A stretch of 64,000 bases of DNA from Dehalococcoidia bacterium. Its GTDB lineage: Bacteria; Chloroflexota; Dehalococcoidia; Lucifugimonadales; GCA-2712585. The notes under the pieces were generated by a model. It was not told the origin of the DNA and made no database searches. It saw nothing but the letters and a program-made list of their open reading frames with translations. The stretch covers positions 2,661,524 to 2,725,523 of the forward strand of contig OZ250180.1 in NCBI GenBank assembly GCA_965238215.1, in the 5' to 3' direction. Positions 35,075-45,106 of the stretch are shown piece after piece. Position 1 is the first letter of the stretch, and each line of letters opens with the position of its first letter. A program made the translations under genes and the position numbers.

Positions 35075-36451
35075 CTACAACGCCAGCTTGCCAGGGTTCA
35101 TGATGTTCTGCGGGTCCAGGGCCATCTTCATCACACGGACCACATCCAAGCCAGCGCCCATCTCCCTGGGCAGCAGGTGCGCCAGCTTCACTCCCACGCC
35201 GTGGCAATACTCCATTATTCCGCCCATGTCCTGGGCCAACATCAACGCCTCGTCCACAGCCTTTGGCATGCCCTCAGGCTGCGTAGCCGTCCCCGGCACC
35301 AGCACCATTGAAAACAGCTCCGGCTCCGTCCAGATGGCGAACTCCGTCGCCCGAATGTCGTATCCCTTGAAGATGGCCTCGCATAACAGCCGGTACTCCA
35401 ACACTCTCGACACCGGCAAGGCCACGTGTAGATAGTCGAAGGAACGACCCTGGGGTCTCGACGCATCGCCTCCAGTGGATTCGGCCAGGCTGTCTCGATA
35501 GGCTTCCGCGACCTGATAGCGGGTGTCCCAATAGATGACGGCCTCCGTAGGGCCCATGTCTCGCCCTTTCCTGCTGAGGCAGATTTCGGCGGACCGGCGC
35601 CTCTGAGCCTCCACCAACTCTCTGTACCCTTCAAAGACCATGTAAAGATGAATCCCCTCGAAGTCGTCGGCCAGGTCCACCACGGCGGGACGCAGCCCCA
35701 AGGCGAACATCTCCGACACCGCGCCGAACCCATCCTCAAAGGTCTGAAACCGGAATGTTGAAAATACCCGCTCCTCTGGCTGCCGGTAGACCTTCAGCGT
35801 AGCCTTGGTGATGATGCCGAATACCCCTTCCGACCCGATGAACAGGTGGTTGAGATTGGGACCACTGGAAGTCTTCGGGACGCTTCTGGTCGTTATCACG
35901 CCGCCGGAAGGCATCACAACCTCGAGGCCGAGCACCTGCGCGCCCATTGGGCCCACGGCGGCGGCCCGGTAGCCCACGCCGTTGGTGGATATGGCCCCGC
36001 CGACAGTGGCGATGGGTACGCTCCAGGGGTCGTGGCCCAACATCAGTCCCTGATCCGCCAGCGCCGACGCCAGATCCTCAAGGATTACCCCCGCCTCCAT
36101 CGTGGCCGTCATATTAGACGGGCTGACTTCCAGAATTCCGTTCATCAGGCCCAAGTCTACGATGATGCCTCCCCGCAGGGGGGTCAGCCCACCCATGACG
36201 CCGGTGCCGCCGCCATAGGGGATTACGGGAGCGCCGAAGTCCCTGGCCACCCTCACAATCCACGCCACTTCCTCCGTAGACCTCGGTCTCACCAACACGT
36301 CGGCTCTGCGTTCGAGAAGAGGAGCGGCGTCGAAGGCCCGGCTCGGACTCAAAGCGTCCTGCGAGTAGCGGCGTACCTCCTCCTCGTCCGTCACAACCCT
36401 GGAGGGTTCGAGCAGCCCCTTTAGCCTATCTATCAAGTCCCAATAAAGCAC
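35075..36451 (-). CDS. FAD-linked oxidase (GlcD / D-lactate dehydrogenase family)
   Basis: The 458-aa ORF has an FAD_binding_4-like N-domain (VLVRPRSTEEVAWIVRVARDFGAPVIPYGGGTGVMGG) and a C-terminal FAD-oxidase_C-like part ending DPQNIMNPGKL. Confidence 0.85.
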   Translation of the reverse strand: MLYWDLIDRLKGLLEPSRVVTDEEEVRRYSQDALSPSRAFDAAPLLERRADVLVRPRSTEEVAWIVRVARDFGAPVIPYGGGTGVMGGLTPLRGGIIVDLGLMNGILEVSPSNMTATMEAGVILEDLASALADQGLMLGHDPWSVPIATVGGAISTNGVGYRAAAVGPMGAQVLGLEVVMPSGGVITTRSVPKTSSGPNLNHLFIGSEGVFGIITKATLKVYRQPEERVFSTFRFQTFEDGFGAVSEMFALGLRPAVVDLADDFEGIHLYMVFEGYRELVEAQRRRSAEICLSRKGRDMGPTEAVIYWDTRYQVAEAYRDSLAESTGGDASRPQGRSFDYLHVALPVSRVLEYRLLCEAIFKGYDIRATEFAIWTEPELFSMVLVPGTATQPEGMPKAVDEALMLAQDMGGIMEYCHGVGVKLAHLLPREMGAGLDVVRVMKMALDPQNIMNPGKLAL

Positions 36452-36589
36452 TTCAAGCCCAATGCGCCAGCCGTCGCTGAAAAGTCTTGTGTGAGAACGA
36501 CGCCGAACTCCGCAACCTTCCTATTTGGGAGGTGACAAAGGCCGATGAGACCCGCGACACGCACCCCAGACCCTGGCTCAAGCTCAGGA

Positions 36590-38068
36590 CTACGAAGACT
36601 GCCGCAGCCGCCAAACCGTGCCGTCGGCGGTGTCCTCTAGGGTGACGCCCATTTCGCCCAGGCCGGCGCGGATTGCGTCCGCCATCTGGTATTCCCGGGC
36701 CTGCCGTAGCTCCCTGCGAATGGCTAGTAGAGTCTCTACGATAGTTGCCCCGTCCTCATCCTGCACGTGGGCCTCCACCCAACCCGCCAGCTTGTGCTGC
36801 CCAGATGCGTTAAGCTGCGAGCCCGTCTCTCGAAGGAGGGCAATAACTGGCGCAAGCGGCAGGTCCTGCCCCTGCCCGTCATCCAAGAAAGCCAGACCCA
36901 GCACGCCTCCCAGCCGTCGAAGTCGGGACTGGGCGGCGTCTACCGCCTCCCTCCGCTCCCTGGCCCGGTTTATCTCCCTGGCCAAATCGAACAGCGCCCC
37001 CATGGCCTGGGGCGTATTCAGGTCCGAGTCCATGGCGTCGGTGAACCGGTCTTCAAAGGGGGATGCGTCCAACCTCCCGTTGTCGGAACTGTCGGCGCCG
37101 GGTCGTAGAGCGTTCCGAAGGCGGGCAGCGGCGCGCTCCATGGCGTCCAGACCGTCGTCGCTGTAATTCAGCGGACTGCGATAGTGGGAGCTCAGGAAAT
37201 ACAGCCGGAGGGCGTCCACGCTGTGGCCCTCCAACGCCTGCGACACGCCGACCAGGTTGCCCAGGGACTTGCTCATCTTGCTCTCGCCCATATTCAGCAA
37301 TCCGTTATGGACCCAAAATCGGGAGAAGGGCGACACGCCGGTATAGCATTCGCTCTGAGCAATCTCGTTCTCATGGTGAGGGAATACCAGGTCCTGGCCT
37401 CCGCCGTGAATATCCAGGGTTTCCCCAAGGTGCTCCAGGGCGATGGCGCTGCATTCGATGTGCCAGCCCGGCCGGCCCGGCCCCCACGGACTCTCCCAAG
37501 CGGGCTCGCCAGGTTTAGCCGCCTTCCAAAGGGTGAAGTCCATGGGGTGCTCCTTCCCCCGCAATGCCACTACCCGCGCCCCGGCAATCATGCTCTCGAT
37601 GGAACGGTGGCTGAGCTTGCCGTATCCTTCGCAGCCGCTGACCCGGAAATACACGTCCCCGCCCGACTCGTAAGCGTGGCCCTTCTCCACCAGCCTGCGG
37701 ATTATCTCCTGAATTCTGGGAATGGCCTCCGTGGCCAGGGGGTAGACGTGGGCGGGCATAACCCGCAGGCGCTCCATTTCCCCGGCGTACTCCTCGATAT
37801 ACCTGTCCGAAAGCTCCCGGTAGCTGACCCCTTCTTCAGTGGAACGGGTGATAATCTTGTCGTCAATGTCGGTGAAGTTCTGCACGTGGTGGACCTTGTG
37901 CCCCTTAAACTCCAGGTATCTGCGGAGAACGTCGAAGACCACGGAGCTGAAGGCGTGACCCACGTGACTGGAGGAATAGGGCGTGATGCCGCAAACGTAC
38001 ATCTTCACCGACTGGCCGGAGGGCGCGAACTCCTCCTCCACGCCGGAAAGGGTGCTGTACAGTCTCAT
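36590..38068 (-). CDS. cysS: Cysteine--tRNA ligase
   Basis: From ATG 38068 the ORF reads MRLYSTLSG...MYVCGITPYSSSHVGHAFS (HIGH-type). It has the KMSKS motif (SKMSKSLGN). The ATG overlaps the ispF stop (ATGA). The track ORF extends 70 codons upstream. Confidence 0.95.
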   Translation of the reverse strand: MRLYSTLSGVEEEFAPSGQSVKMYVCGITPYSSSHVGHAFSSVVFDVLRRYLEFKGHKVHHVQNFTDIDDKIITRSTEEGVSYRELSDRYIEEYAGEMERLRVMPAHVYPLATEAIPRIQEIIRRLVEKGHAYESGGDVYFRVSGCEGYGKLSHRSIESMIAGARVVALRGKEHPMDFTLWKAAKPGEPAWESPWGPGRPGWHIECSAIALEHLGETLDIHGGGQDLVFPHHENEIAQSECYTGVSPFSRFWVHNGLLNMGESKMSKSLGNLVGVSQALEGHSVDALRLYFLSSHYRSPLNYSDDGLDAMERAAARLRNALRPGADSSDNGRLDASPFEDRFTDAMDSDLNTPQAMGALFDLAREINRARERREAVDAAQSRLRRLGGVLGLAFLDDGQGQDLPLAPVIALLRETGSQLNASGQHKLAGWVEAHVQDEDGATIVETLLAIRRELRQAREYQMADAIRAGLGEMGVTLEDTADGTVWRLRQSS

Positions 38069-38547
38069 GCCTTGGCCTCTAACAGCGCGACGGCATAGGC
38101 CGCCAGACCTTCGCCTCGGCCGGCGAACCCCATGTGGTCGGTGGTGGTAGCCTTGATGCTCACGTCCGCCTGATCCGCTCCCAGGGCTTGTGCCAAATTC
38201 TCTCGCATTCCGTCTATAAAAGGCCCCAGTCGGGGCCGCTGCGCCAGTATTGTAGCATCCACGTTGACCACCCGCCACCGACGGGCCGAGACCAGGGAAG
38301 CCGTCCGCTTCAACAGCAGAAGGCTGGAGATGCCTTTAAGCGAGGGGTCGCTGGACGGAAAGTGCACGCCCTTGTCACCCAGGGCCGCGGCCCCCAAGAG
38401 AGCATCCATCAGTGCGTGAACCACCACGTCGCCATCGCTGTGACCGGAAAGCCCCTTGTCGAAGGGAACCTCAACCCCGCCCAGAATTAGGGGCCGCCCG
38501 TTTACCAGGGGATGAGCGTCGAAGCCCAAGCCCACTCGCATACTCAC
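38065..38547 (-). CDS. ispF: 2-C-methyl-D-erythritol 2,4-cyclodiphosphate synthase
   Basis: The 160-aa ORF reads RVGLGFDAHPL...LILGGVEVPFDKGLSGHSDGDVVVHALMDALLGA. Confidence 0.95.
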   Translation of the reverse strand: MSMRVGLGFDAHPLVNGRPLILGGVEVPFDKGLSGHSDGDVVVHALMDALLGAAALGDKGVHFPSSDPSLKGISSLLLLKRTASLVSARRWRVVNVDATILAQRPRLGPFIDGMRENLAQALGADQADVSIKATTTDHMGFAGRGEGLAAYAVALLEAKA

Positions 38548-39257
38548 CGGGCTACGCCTCCTTTAGGCGCCCTCATCAGCGCCTGCACAACCAATAGATC
38601 CTCCGGCGTGGTCACCTTGACGTTGCGATAAGATCCCATGAACACCTTCACCGTAGCGCCGAGGCTCTCAACCATGGACGCGTCGTCCGTAAAGTCGCCG
38701 CGACATTCTTCGTGGGCCTGCAGAAGCAGCTCAGAGCGGAAGATTTGGGGCGTCTGCACCTGCCATAGCCTCTCCCGTGGAGGCGTCTCTTGCACCGCGC
38801 CGCCCTCCGAAACAACCTTGATTGTGTCCTTCGCAGGCACGGCACAGACGGCTGCTCCTGTTTCTGCGGCGGCGGCCAAGCCTCGCAGTACCATCGCCCT
38901 GTCCACGAGCGGACGGGCGCCGTCGTGCACAGCCACCCAGTCACAACCACCAAGCGCATCCAGTCCCGCCCGCACCGAGTCTTGACGCCGCTCCCCGCCC
39001 ACACACAGCCCCGAAACCTTTCCCATCCCGAACGCCGTCGCCAGCCGTCGCCCATCCTTCAAACGCTCGTCCGACAAGACCAACGCGATACGGCTAACGG
39101 CTGGCAGCGTGGCGAACGTTCTAAGGGAGTAAGAAATGAGCGGAACCCCGCCGACACGCGTGAAAATCTTGTCCAGGCCGTCCATGCGCAGGCCCTTGCC
39201 CGCGCCCAGAATCACCACTCCCACCGTGCCGGCGGAGGGGGCTTCGTCTGACGTCAT
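38544..39257 (-). CDS. ispD: 2-C-methyl-D-erythritol 4-phosphate cytidylyltransferase
   Basis: The 237-aa ORF reads VVILGAGKGLRM...DKIF...VAVHDGARPLV. It overlaps ispF by 4 nt. Confidence 0.9.
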   Translation of the reverse strand: MTSDEAPSAGTVGVVILGAGKGLRMDGLDKIFTRVGGVPLISYSLRTFATLPAVSRIALVLSDERLKDGRRLATAFGMGKVSGLCVGGERRQDSVRAGLDALGGCDWVAVHDGARPLVDRAMVLRGLAAAAETGAAVCAVPAKDTIKVVSEGGAVQETPPRERLWQVQTPQIFRSELLLQAHEECRGDFTDDASMVESLGATVKVFMGSYRNVKVTTPEDLLVVQALMRAPKGGVAR

Positions 39258-40291
39258 CTATAGATGCCTCTGGTCTGGGCAAAGATGATGCGCCCCGCCG
39301 CCGTCTGGAGCACCCGAGTTACAGTGACCTCCTGGATGGAGTTGATGAAGCGGCGTCCGCCCTCCACCACAACCATGGTGCCGTCGTCCAAAAACGCCAC
39401 CCCCTGGCCTATCTCCTTGCCCTCCTGAATGATGTTCACGGCCAGGTTTTCCCCCGGCAGCACCACGGGCTTGAGGGCGTTGGCCAGCTGGTTCACGTTG
39501 AGCACGTTCACACCGCTGAGCTCCGCCACCCGATTGAGATTGTAGTCCGTAGTAAGAATGTAGGCCTTCATGTCTTTGGCCATACGCACCAACTCCGTGT
39601 CCACCTCGCCGCCCATGGGTACCTGCGCGTCGGTAAACTGGATGGGCAGGTCACTGTTCCCGCGTAGATGAGAGAGGACCTCCAGACCCCGCCGGCCGCG
39701 CGTTCGGCGTATTGAGTCGCTTGAGTCGGCGATGTGGCGTAGTTCGTCCAGCACGAACTGGGGAACGATGAGGGTGCCCTGGACGAAGCCCGTTTCGCTG
39801 AGGTCCCCGATGCGACCGTCAATGATAGCGCTGGTATCCACAAGTATGCGAACCTTGGCGCCGCTCGCCGCCCTTGAACCGCCGCCCGCCCCCGGAAGTA
39901 TCAGATGCAGGTCCTGCTCACGGTGCAGTCCGATGGACAGGCCCACGAAGGCGAAGGTGCCCATGATGATGAGGGGTATTATCCAGTTCAACCCTTCCGT
40001 CAACTGGAAGAAGGGAATGGAGACGAGGGCCGCCACTATCAAGCCCACGATTAGCCCCAGCGTACCGGAAACGATGGTGCTAAGGGATACCCGATTGGCT
40101 TCGTCAACCAGCCGCTTGAGGGTGTCGACAAGGCCGGGCCCCAGCAGGCCGCCGACCAAGCCGCCGACGGCGGTGAATGCGAGGCCCCAGGGTAGGTAGT
40201 CCGCAACTTCGTTGGAGGCCAGAGACAAGGCGACGCTGACCCGCCAGCCTATGACGGCAAAGACAACCAGGGATGTCAACCTTACAGCCAA
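39254..40291 (-). CDS. PIN/TRAM-domain membrane-anchored protein (YacL-like)
   Basis: N-terminal TM helices are followed by a PIN domain (ILVDTSAIIDGRI...) and a C-terminal TRAM-like beta domain. The position between clpC and ispDF matches the Bacillus yacL locus order. Confidence 0.78.
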   Translation of the reverse strand: MAVRLTSLVVFAVIGWRVSVALSLASNEVADYLPWGLAFTAVGGLVGGLLGPGLVDTLKRLVDEANRVSLSTIVSGTLGLIVGLIVAALVSIPFFQLTEGLNWIIPLIIMGTFAFVGLSIGLHREQDLHLILPGAGGGSRAASGAKVRILVDTSAIIDGRIGDLSETGFVQGTLIVPQFVLDELRHIADSSDSIRRTRGRRGLEVLSHLRGNSDLPIQFTDAQVPMGGEVDTELVRMAKDMKAYILTTDYNLNRVAELSGVNVLNVNQLANALKPVVLPGENLAVNIIQEGKEIGQGVAFLDDGTMVVVEGGRRFINSIQEVTVTRVLQTAAGRIIFAQTRGIYR

Positions 40292-40437
40292 CTAACTAGC
40301 TGCCTAACTGCTCCTCCCGTCCACCCCTCGGCGTCTGAGGGAAATCCTGAGAAAAGTGAATATTGCATAGGCAAAGCCGATTTTCTCTCGTGCCTGAGCG
40401 TGGTGAGAGTCAAAAATAGTGCTACTACTAGAATATC

Positions 40438-40470
40438 ACAGGCGGGCTAATTTATGAATAGCCCGCCTGT
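40438..40470 (-). terminator. Hairpin terminator directly after the clpC stop
   Basis: On the minus strand: ACAGGCGGGCTA-TTCATAAAT-TAGCCCGCCTGT, followed by GAUAUUCU. Confidence 0.5.
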
Positions 40471-40472
40471 TT

Positions 40473-42947
40473 CTAAGCACCCACTCCGGCATCGACGACC
40501 GCCGCCATCGAGGCGGCCTCCGCCTTGCGGAAACTAAGGGACCCGTCCTCCAGGTCCACCACCACCGCATCACCCTCCTCCAACTCCCCCGACAAAAGCA
40601 TCTTGGCCAGAGGGTTCTCCACGAACCGCTGCAACGCCCGGCGAAGCGGCCTCGCCCCGTACACCGGGTCGTAACCTTCCTTCACCAGCCAGCCGAGGGC
40701 GTCCTCCGTCAACTCCAGGCTTATCCGCTGCTCCGACAGCCGGTCCTGAATCTCCTTGGCCATCAGCTTCACTATCTCCCGGATCTGCTCCTGGGTTAGG
40801 CCGTTGAAGACGATGATTTCGTCGATGCGATTCAGAAACTCCGGCCGGAATTCACGCTTCAACGCGTCCTGCACCGTGGACTTGAGACGCTCTTCGTCCA
40901 GAACGCCATTGCTGTCGGAACGGAAGCCCACGGCGACCCTGTTAGCAATGCCGGTGCCCAGGTTGCTGGTCATGATGATAACGGTGTTACGGAAGTCCAC
41001 CGTCCGGCCATGACCGTCCGTCAGCCGCCCGTCCTCCAGAATCTGGAGAAGGATGTTGAACACCTCCGGGTGCGCCTTTTCGATCTCGTCGAACAGCACC
41101 ACGCGGAAGGGTCGGGCCCGCACCGCTTCAGCAAGCTGCCCGCCTTCTTCGTATCCCACGTACCCCGGCGGGGCGCCCACGAGACGCGACGCCGTATGCC
41201 GCTCCATGTACTCCGACATGTCTATCCGCACCATGGCCTCCTCGTTGTCGAAGAGATACTGGGCCAAGGCCCGGGCCAGCTCCGTCTTGCCCACCCCCGT
41301 GGGCCCAAGGAATATGAAGCTGCCGATGGGACGCTTGGGATCCTTGAGCTTCGAGCGGGATCGGCGTATGGCCTCCGAGATCGCCTGCACCGCCTCGTCC
41401 TGGCCAATAATCCTTTCGTGTAGGCGGTCTTCCATGTTCAAGAGCCGCTCCGCCTCGCCCTCCAGCAGCCGTGAAACGGGTATGCCGGTCCAGTTAGTGA
41501 TCAACTGGGCGATGTCATCCGCGCTCACCACGGGCTGATCGCTGTTCTCAGCCTCCCAGACTCCGCGCGCGCCCTCGTACTCAGTCTCGCACTGCAGTCT
41601 TTCCATCTTTAGCTGGGCCGCCATCTCGTAGTCCCCCTCCTGGGCCGCCGCATCCTCCCGTTCGCCCAGTCTCTTTACCTTTTCCTCCCGCGCCTTAAGA
41701 TGAGCGGGAGGGCTGTCCGCGTCCAGCCGCAGCTTGCTCGACGCCTCGTCAAGCAGGTCTATGGCCTTGTCCGGCAGATGACGTTCCGTGAGGTAGCGGT
41801 GGCTCAAGCTCGCCGCCGACTCCAACGCTTCGTCCTCTATGGTCACCTTATGGTGCTCCTCATACCTGGGCCGCTGGCTCTTGAGGATCTCCACCGTTTC
41901 CTCAACGGATGGCTCCTCCAGGTAGATGGGCTGGAAACGCCGCTCCAGGGCCGCGTCCTTCTCGATGTACTTCCGGTACTCGCTCATGGTAGTTGCGCCG
42001 ATGGTCTGAAACTCCCCGCGGGCCAAAGCCGGCTTCAAAAGGTTGCTGGCGTCTATGGCTCCCTCGGCGCCGCCCGCGCCCACCATGGAGTGAATCTCGT
42101 CGATGAACAGGTATATCTTCCCCTTTGCGTCCTTTACCTCGTCGATAACCGCCTTGAGGCGTTCCTCAAACTCGCCGCGGAACTTGCTGCCCGCCACCAG
42201 CCTGCCCATATCCAGGGACTTGACGATGCGGTCCTTTAAGCTGTCCGGCACGTCCCCGTCGGCGATGCGCTGGGCAAGCCCTTCGGCGATTGCCGTCTTG
42301 CCCACACCAGCCTCGCCAATGATCACCGGATTGTTCTTCTTTCGGCGCATGAGGGTCTGCATCACCCGCCGGATCTCATCCTCCCGACCCACCACCGGGT
42401 CCAGCCTGCCAGCCGCCGCCAGGTCCGTCAGGTCCACGCTGTACTTTTCCAGAGAGCGGTACTTGCTCTCCGCCCGTGCGTCGGTGACGCGATGGGAGCC
42501 CCGGATCTGCTGGAGGGCTGCGTATACGCTGTTCTTTGTCACTCCGGCCGCAGCAAGAATTCTGGTCCCGGCGACCTGTTCCTCCTCCACCGTAGTGACC
42601 GCTATCAGGAGATGCTCCACGCTTATTAACTCGTCCTTCAATCGGCTGGACTCGTTTGCGGCGTACTCCAACAGCCGCGTGTAGCCGGGCGTAGGATACA
42701 CCTGGTTCGTGGGATGCACGGTTTTCGGAGTGGCATCCAACGCCGATTCCACCCGTGCTTTCAGTTCATCCACGGACGCTCCAAGATGCTGGAGGATCTG
42801 CTCCGTTACTCCCCCTTTCTGAAGCAACAAGCTTAGCAACATATGCATTACGTCCAATTGGCTGTGCCGGTACTGCCCCAGAAGAATTTCGGAATCTTCA
42901 AGGGCCTCGCGGGCCTTTTCTGTAAATCGATTACGCCTCAGTACCAT
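40473..42947 (-). CDS. clpC: Class III stress AAA+ chaperone, ClpC-like (two NBDs)
   Basis: The 824-aa ORF has Clp_N repeats and two Walker A sites ([13 protein letters not shown]; [14 protein letters not shown]). It has a short middle domain with a UVR-like [16 protein letters not shown] ClpP-docking-type loop AVGFRS follows SNLGTG, and this loop is absent from ClpB. Confidence 0.8.
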   Translation of the reverse strand: MVLRRNRFTEKAREALEDSEILLGQYRHSQLDVMHMLLSLLLQKGGVTEQILQHLGASVDELKARVESALDATPKTVHPTNQVYPTPGYTRLLEYAANESSRLKDELISVEHLLIAVTTVEEEQVAGTRILAAAGVTKNSVYAALQQIRGSHRVTDARAESKYRSLEKYSVDLTDLAAAGRLDPVVGREDEIRRVMQTLMRRKKNNPVIIGEAGVGKTAIAEGLAQRIADGDVPDSLKDRIVKSLDMGRLVAGSKFRGEFEERLKAVIDEVKDAKGKIYLFIDEIHSMVGAGGAEGAIDASNLLKPALARGEFQTIGATTMSEYRKYIEKDAALERRFQPIYLEEPSVEETVEILKSQRPRYEEHHKVTIEDEALESAASLSHRYLTERHLPDKAIDLLDEASSKLRLDADSPPAHLKAREEKVKRLGEREDAAAQEGDYEMAAQLKMERLQCETEYEGARGVWEAENSDQPVVSADDIAQLITNWTGIPVSRLLEGEAERLLNMEDRLHERIIGQDEAVQAISEAIRRSRSKLKDPKRPIGSFIFLGPTGVGKTELARALAQYLFDNEEAMVRIDMSEYMERHTASRLVGAPPGYVGYEEGGQLAEAVRARPFRVVLFDEIEKAHPEVFNILLQILEDGRLTDGHGRTVDFRNTVIIMTSNLGTGIANRVAVGFRSDSNGVLDEERLKSTVQDALKREFRPEFLNRIDEIIVFNGLTQEQIREIVKLMAKEIQDRLSEQRISLELTEDALGWLVKEGYDPVYGARPLRRALQRFVENPLAKMLLSGELEEGDAVVVDLEDGSLSFRKAEAASMAAVVDAGVGA

Positions 42948-42948
42948 C

Positions 42949-43305
42949 TTAAGAAACCCTCCTCTGGGATGCTCTTTTCTCGGAAACAGCCCTGGATTTC
43001 AACCGCCTGATCTCTCTCTTCAGGCCTTCGTTCTCCGCCTGAAGCTCCTTGATCTGCGCCATGAGCCTCAGCGCCACCTCAGCCCCGGCCAGGTTTACGC
43101 CCATATCCTCCGTTAGAGCCTTGATGCGGAGAATCCTCTGCACGTCCAACGGCGAATACAGACGTTGTCGGCCCATGGAGCGGGAGGGAGAGAGCAGTCC
43201 CGCTCGTTCATAGTATCTCAGAGTCTGGGCGTGCAATCCTACCATTCTGGCTGCAATGCTGATGACATAGCACGGTTCCGTGCTGTGGCCTTGTTCGAAT
43301 ACCAT
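42949..43305 (-). CDS. hspR: MerR-family heat-shock regulator (HspR/CbpM-like)
   Basis: The 118-aa ORF reads YVISIAARMVGLHAQTLRYYERAGLLSPSRSMGRQRLYSPLDVQRILRIKAL and ends in a coiled-coil tail. It lies between the J-protein gene and the Clp gene. Confidence 0.8.
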   Translation of the reverse strand: MVFEQGHSTEPCYVISIAARMVGLHAQTLRYYERAGLLSPSRSMGRQRLYSPLDVQRILRIKALTEDMGVNLAGAEVALRLMAQIKELQAENEGLKREIRRLKSRAVSEKRASQRRVS

Positions 43306-43308
43306 TGC

Positions 43309-44187
43309 CTAACTCCTTCCCGATCTCAGGTCCCGAAGTTGCCGGAACAGCCGCAGTTCCTCTTGGCTTAGGCCCCGGGGCACGACGACACTAACCTTCA
43401 CGAATAAGTCCCCAAACCTCGTTGGTTCGTTCAAATTGGGCATCCCCCGGCCACTGAGCCGGAAGGTCTGGCCGTTCTGGGTTTCCGGCGGAATCGTCAG
43501 CTCAACGCGTCCCTTGAGGGTGTCTATGGAAATGTTGCCGCCCAGGACGGCGTCCAACAGGGACACTTCCACTTCCGTCCGCAGGCTGGCGCCTTCTCTC
43601 TGGAAACGCGCGTGAGGGAGGACCGTCACCCTCAATCTGAAGCCCCCGCTCCGTCCGTTCCGATATCCAACATTGACCCGTGAGCCGGTGTCCACGCCGA
43701 GAGGAATTGTCACCTCCAGCCTCCGGGGGAGTTCCGAGGGAGACGAGGCCGGAACATTCAACAGCCGGGTCGTGCCGGCGTGCGCCTCCTCCAGCGTGAC
43801 GGACACCGGCTGCTCTACCACGGCCCGGGAGAAGCCTCGCACACCCCCGCCGAACAGACCGTCGAAGAGGTCACCGCCCATCCCATCAAAGAAGGGACGC
43901 TCGCCTCCCCTCGTGGAGCGCCATACGAAGTTCCCTTGGGAGGCCTCCCCCTGCTGGAAGTGGTCGGCGTACTTCCACTTCTCGCCGTAAACGTCGTACT
44001 TCTTGCGGATCTCTGGGTCGGAGAGCACCTGGTACGCCTCGTTGACCTCCTTGAACTTCGCTTCCGCGGCGTCGCTGTTGGGGTTCACGTCCGGATGGTA
44101 CTGGCGGGCAAGGCGACGGTAGGCCTTTCGTATATCGGCCTCCGATGCTGCCTTTGGAACGCCTAGAATGTCATAGTAGCTGGCCAT
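43309..44187 (-). CDS. J-domain co-chaperone without Zn finger (CbpA-like DnaJ)
   Basis: From ATG 44187 the ORF reads [36 protein letters not shown] (HPD motif). It has a G/F-like linker, two beta-sandwich C-terminal domains and no CxxCxGxG repeats. Confidence 0.85.
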   Translation of the reverse strand: MASYYDILGVPKAASEADIRKAYRRLARQYHPDVNPNSDAAEAKFKEVNEAYQVLSDPEIRKKYDVYGEKWKYADHFQQGEASQGNFVWRSTRGGERPFFDGMGGDLFDGLFGGGVRGFSRAVVEQPVSVTLEEAHAGTTRLLNVPASSPSELPRRLEVTIPLGVDTGSRVNVGYRNGRSGGFRLRVTVLPHARFQREGASLRTEVEVSLLDAVLGGNISIDTLKGRVELTIPPETQNGQTFRLSGRGMPNLNEPTRFGDLFVKVSVVVPRGLSQEELRLFRQLRDLRSGRS

Positions 44188-44326
44188 GACGACCCTCTCA
44201 GGACACCGGCTTCTGCCAGTTTTTAATGCCGGACCCTTACTCTGTATTCTAGTGCTAATATACTGTCTCGTCAACTAAGCTGATTTCTCTTTCCTATGTT
44301 ATTTGTCATTATAATTATAACTATAG

Positions 44327-44355
44327 TTGACAATTAACTATCAAGTATATATAAT
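44327..44355 (+). promoter_or_regulatory. Perfect-consensus sigma70 promoter for hsp20
   Basis: TTGACA (44327..44332), a 17-nt spacer, TATAAT (44350..44355). It lies ~73 nt upstream of the hsp20 ATG. It is embedded in the imperfect palindrome TTGACAATTAACTATCAA. Confidence 0.55.
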
Positions 44356-44428
44356 CACTATTGTCAGTTTAGGGAGACTCCAACAGGACTCCCGAAACGA
44401 ACAAGAACAATTCTAGGAGGCAAACTCA

Positions 44429-44866
44429 ATGGCAATTCAACGCTGGAACCCCTTCAATAACCTTCGCGGCATGGAGCATGGCAGGTTCAGGATGTTTCCC
44501 CACAACTTGGGCCTCATGTCCCCCTTGAACCCCCACCTCTCCCACAACGGCGCCCTCCCCATGGACGCCTTCTACACGGACGAGTCCCTGGTTCTGCGGG
44601 CCGCCGCTCCCGGCTTCAAGGCCGACGACGTGGACCTGAACATCAGCGGCAACTGGCTCGTCCTCAAGGGCCGCAAGGAGGCGGAGGAGAAGCAGTACGT
44701 GATGAAGGAGCGCGGCTTCGACGCCTTCCACCGGACCATGCGCCTGCCCAGGGGCCTGCAGCCGGAGAAGGCCGAAGCGGCCTTCGAGGACGGCATCCTC
44801 ACCATCACCATACCCAAGAGCGAGGAGACCAAGGCCGAGGTGCATAAGATCGCCATCAAGTCCTAA
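44429..44866 (+). CDS. Small heat-shock protein (Hsp20/alpha-crystallin family)
   Basis: The 145-aa ORF has an alpha-crystallin domain (PMDAFYTDESLVLRAAAPGFKADDVDLNISGNWLVLKG...FHRTMRLP...AAFEDGILTITIPK). SD AGGAGG lies 8 nt upstream. Confidence 0.92.
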   Translation: MAIQRWNPFNNLRGMEHGRFRMFPHNLGLMSPLNPHLSHNGALPMDAFYTDESLVLRAAAPGFKADDVDLNISGNWLVLKGRKEAEEKQYVMKERGFDAFHRTMRLPRGLQPEKAEAAFEDGILTITIPKSEETKAEVHKIAIKS

Positions 44867-44910
44867 GGACGGCGAAGCCGAAGCGGAGGACTTCTCCGCC
44901 GACGCTCCAT

Positions 44911-44949
44911 GGGGGGCGGGTTCTTGTAGAACCCGCCCCCCTCTTTTCG
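44911..44949 (+). terminator. Rho-independent terminator after hsp20
   Basis: GGGGGGCGGGTTC-TTGT-AGAACCCGCCCCCC, followed by TCTTTTCG. Confidence 0.65.
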
Positions 44950-45106
44950 TCTCCCTTCATGTCATCATAATTCGCTATCTGTGGTATCCCCATCCCCGTC
45001 ATACCCACCGCGTCGTCGTTGACAGAATGCGGGACGCCTGATACCATCCCCAACCGTTGGCCGCCTCTAAAAGAGGCGTAGCCCCGCCCTTCGAAAAGAG
45101 CAACAA

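Noticed and set aside
36590-38278. N-terminal extensions in track ORFs: cysS to 38278, uvrA to 16708, pcm to 30658, dnaJ to 44274, TauE to 50263, MeaB to 7092, the lipoprotein to 30723
   Set aside because: The extensions overlap upstream genes or REP elements and lack family-typical sequence. Internal ATG starts give canonical N-termini, several of them with SD sequences or ATGA/GTGA coupling.
40473-42947. Calling the 824-aa Clp ATPase ClpB because of the dnaJ-hspR context
   Set aside because: The middle domain is short and UVR-like. A VGF ClpP-docking loop is present. The downstream PIN/TRAM-ispDF-cysS synteny also matches clpC loci. It is kept as ClpC-like with moderate confidence.
45040-45106. 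A possible SAM-type riboswitch in the leader of the ThrC-like operon (hairpin GCCUCU-AAA-AGAGGC)
   Set aside because: The leader is only ~60 nt with one simple hairpin. I cannot match any SAM-I, SAM-II, SAM-V or SAM/SAH consensus by eye.
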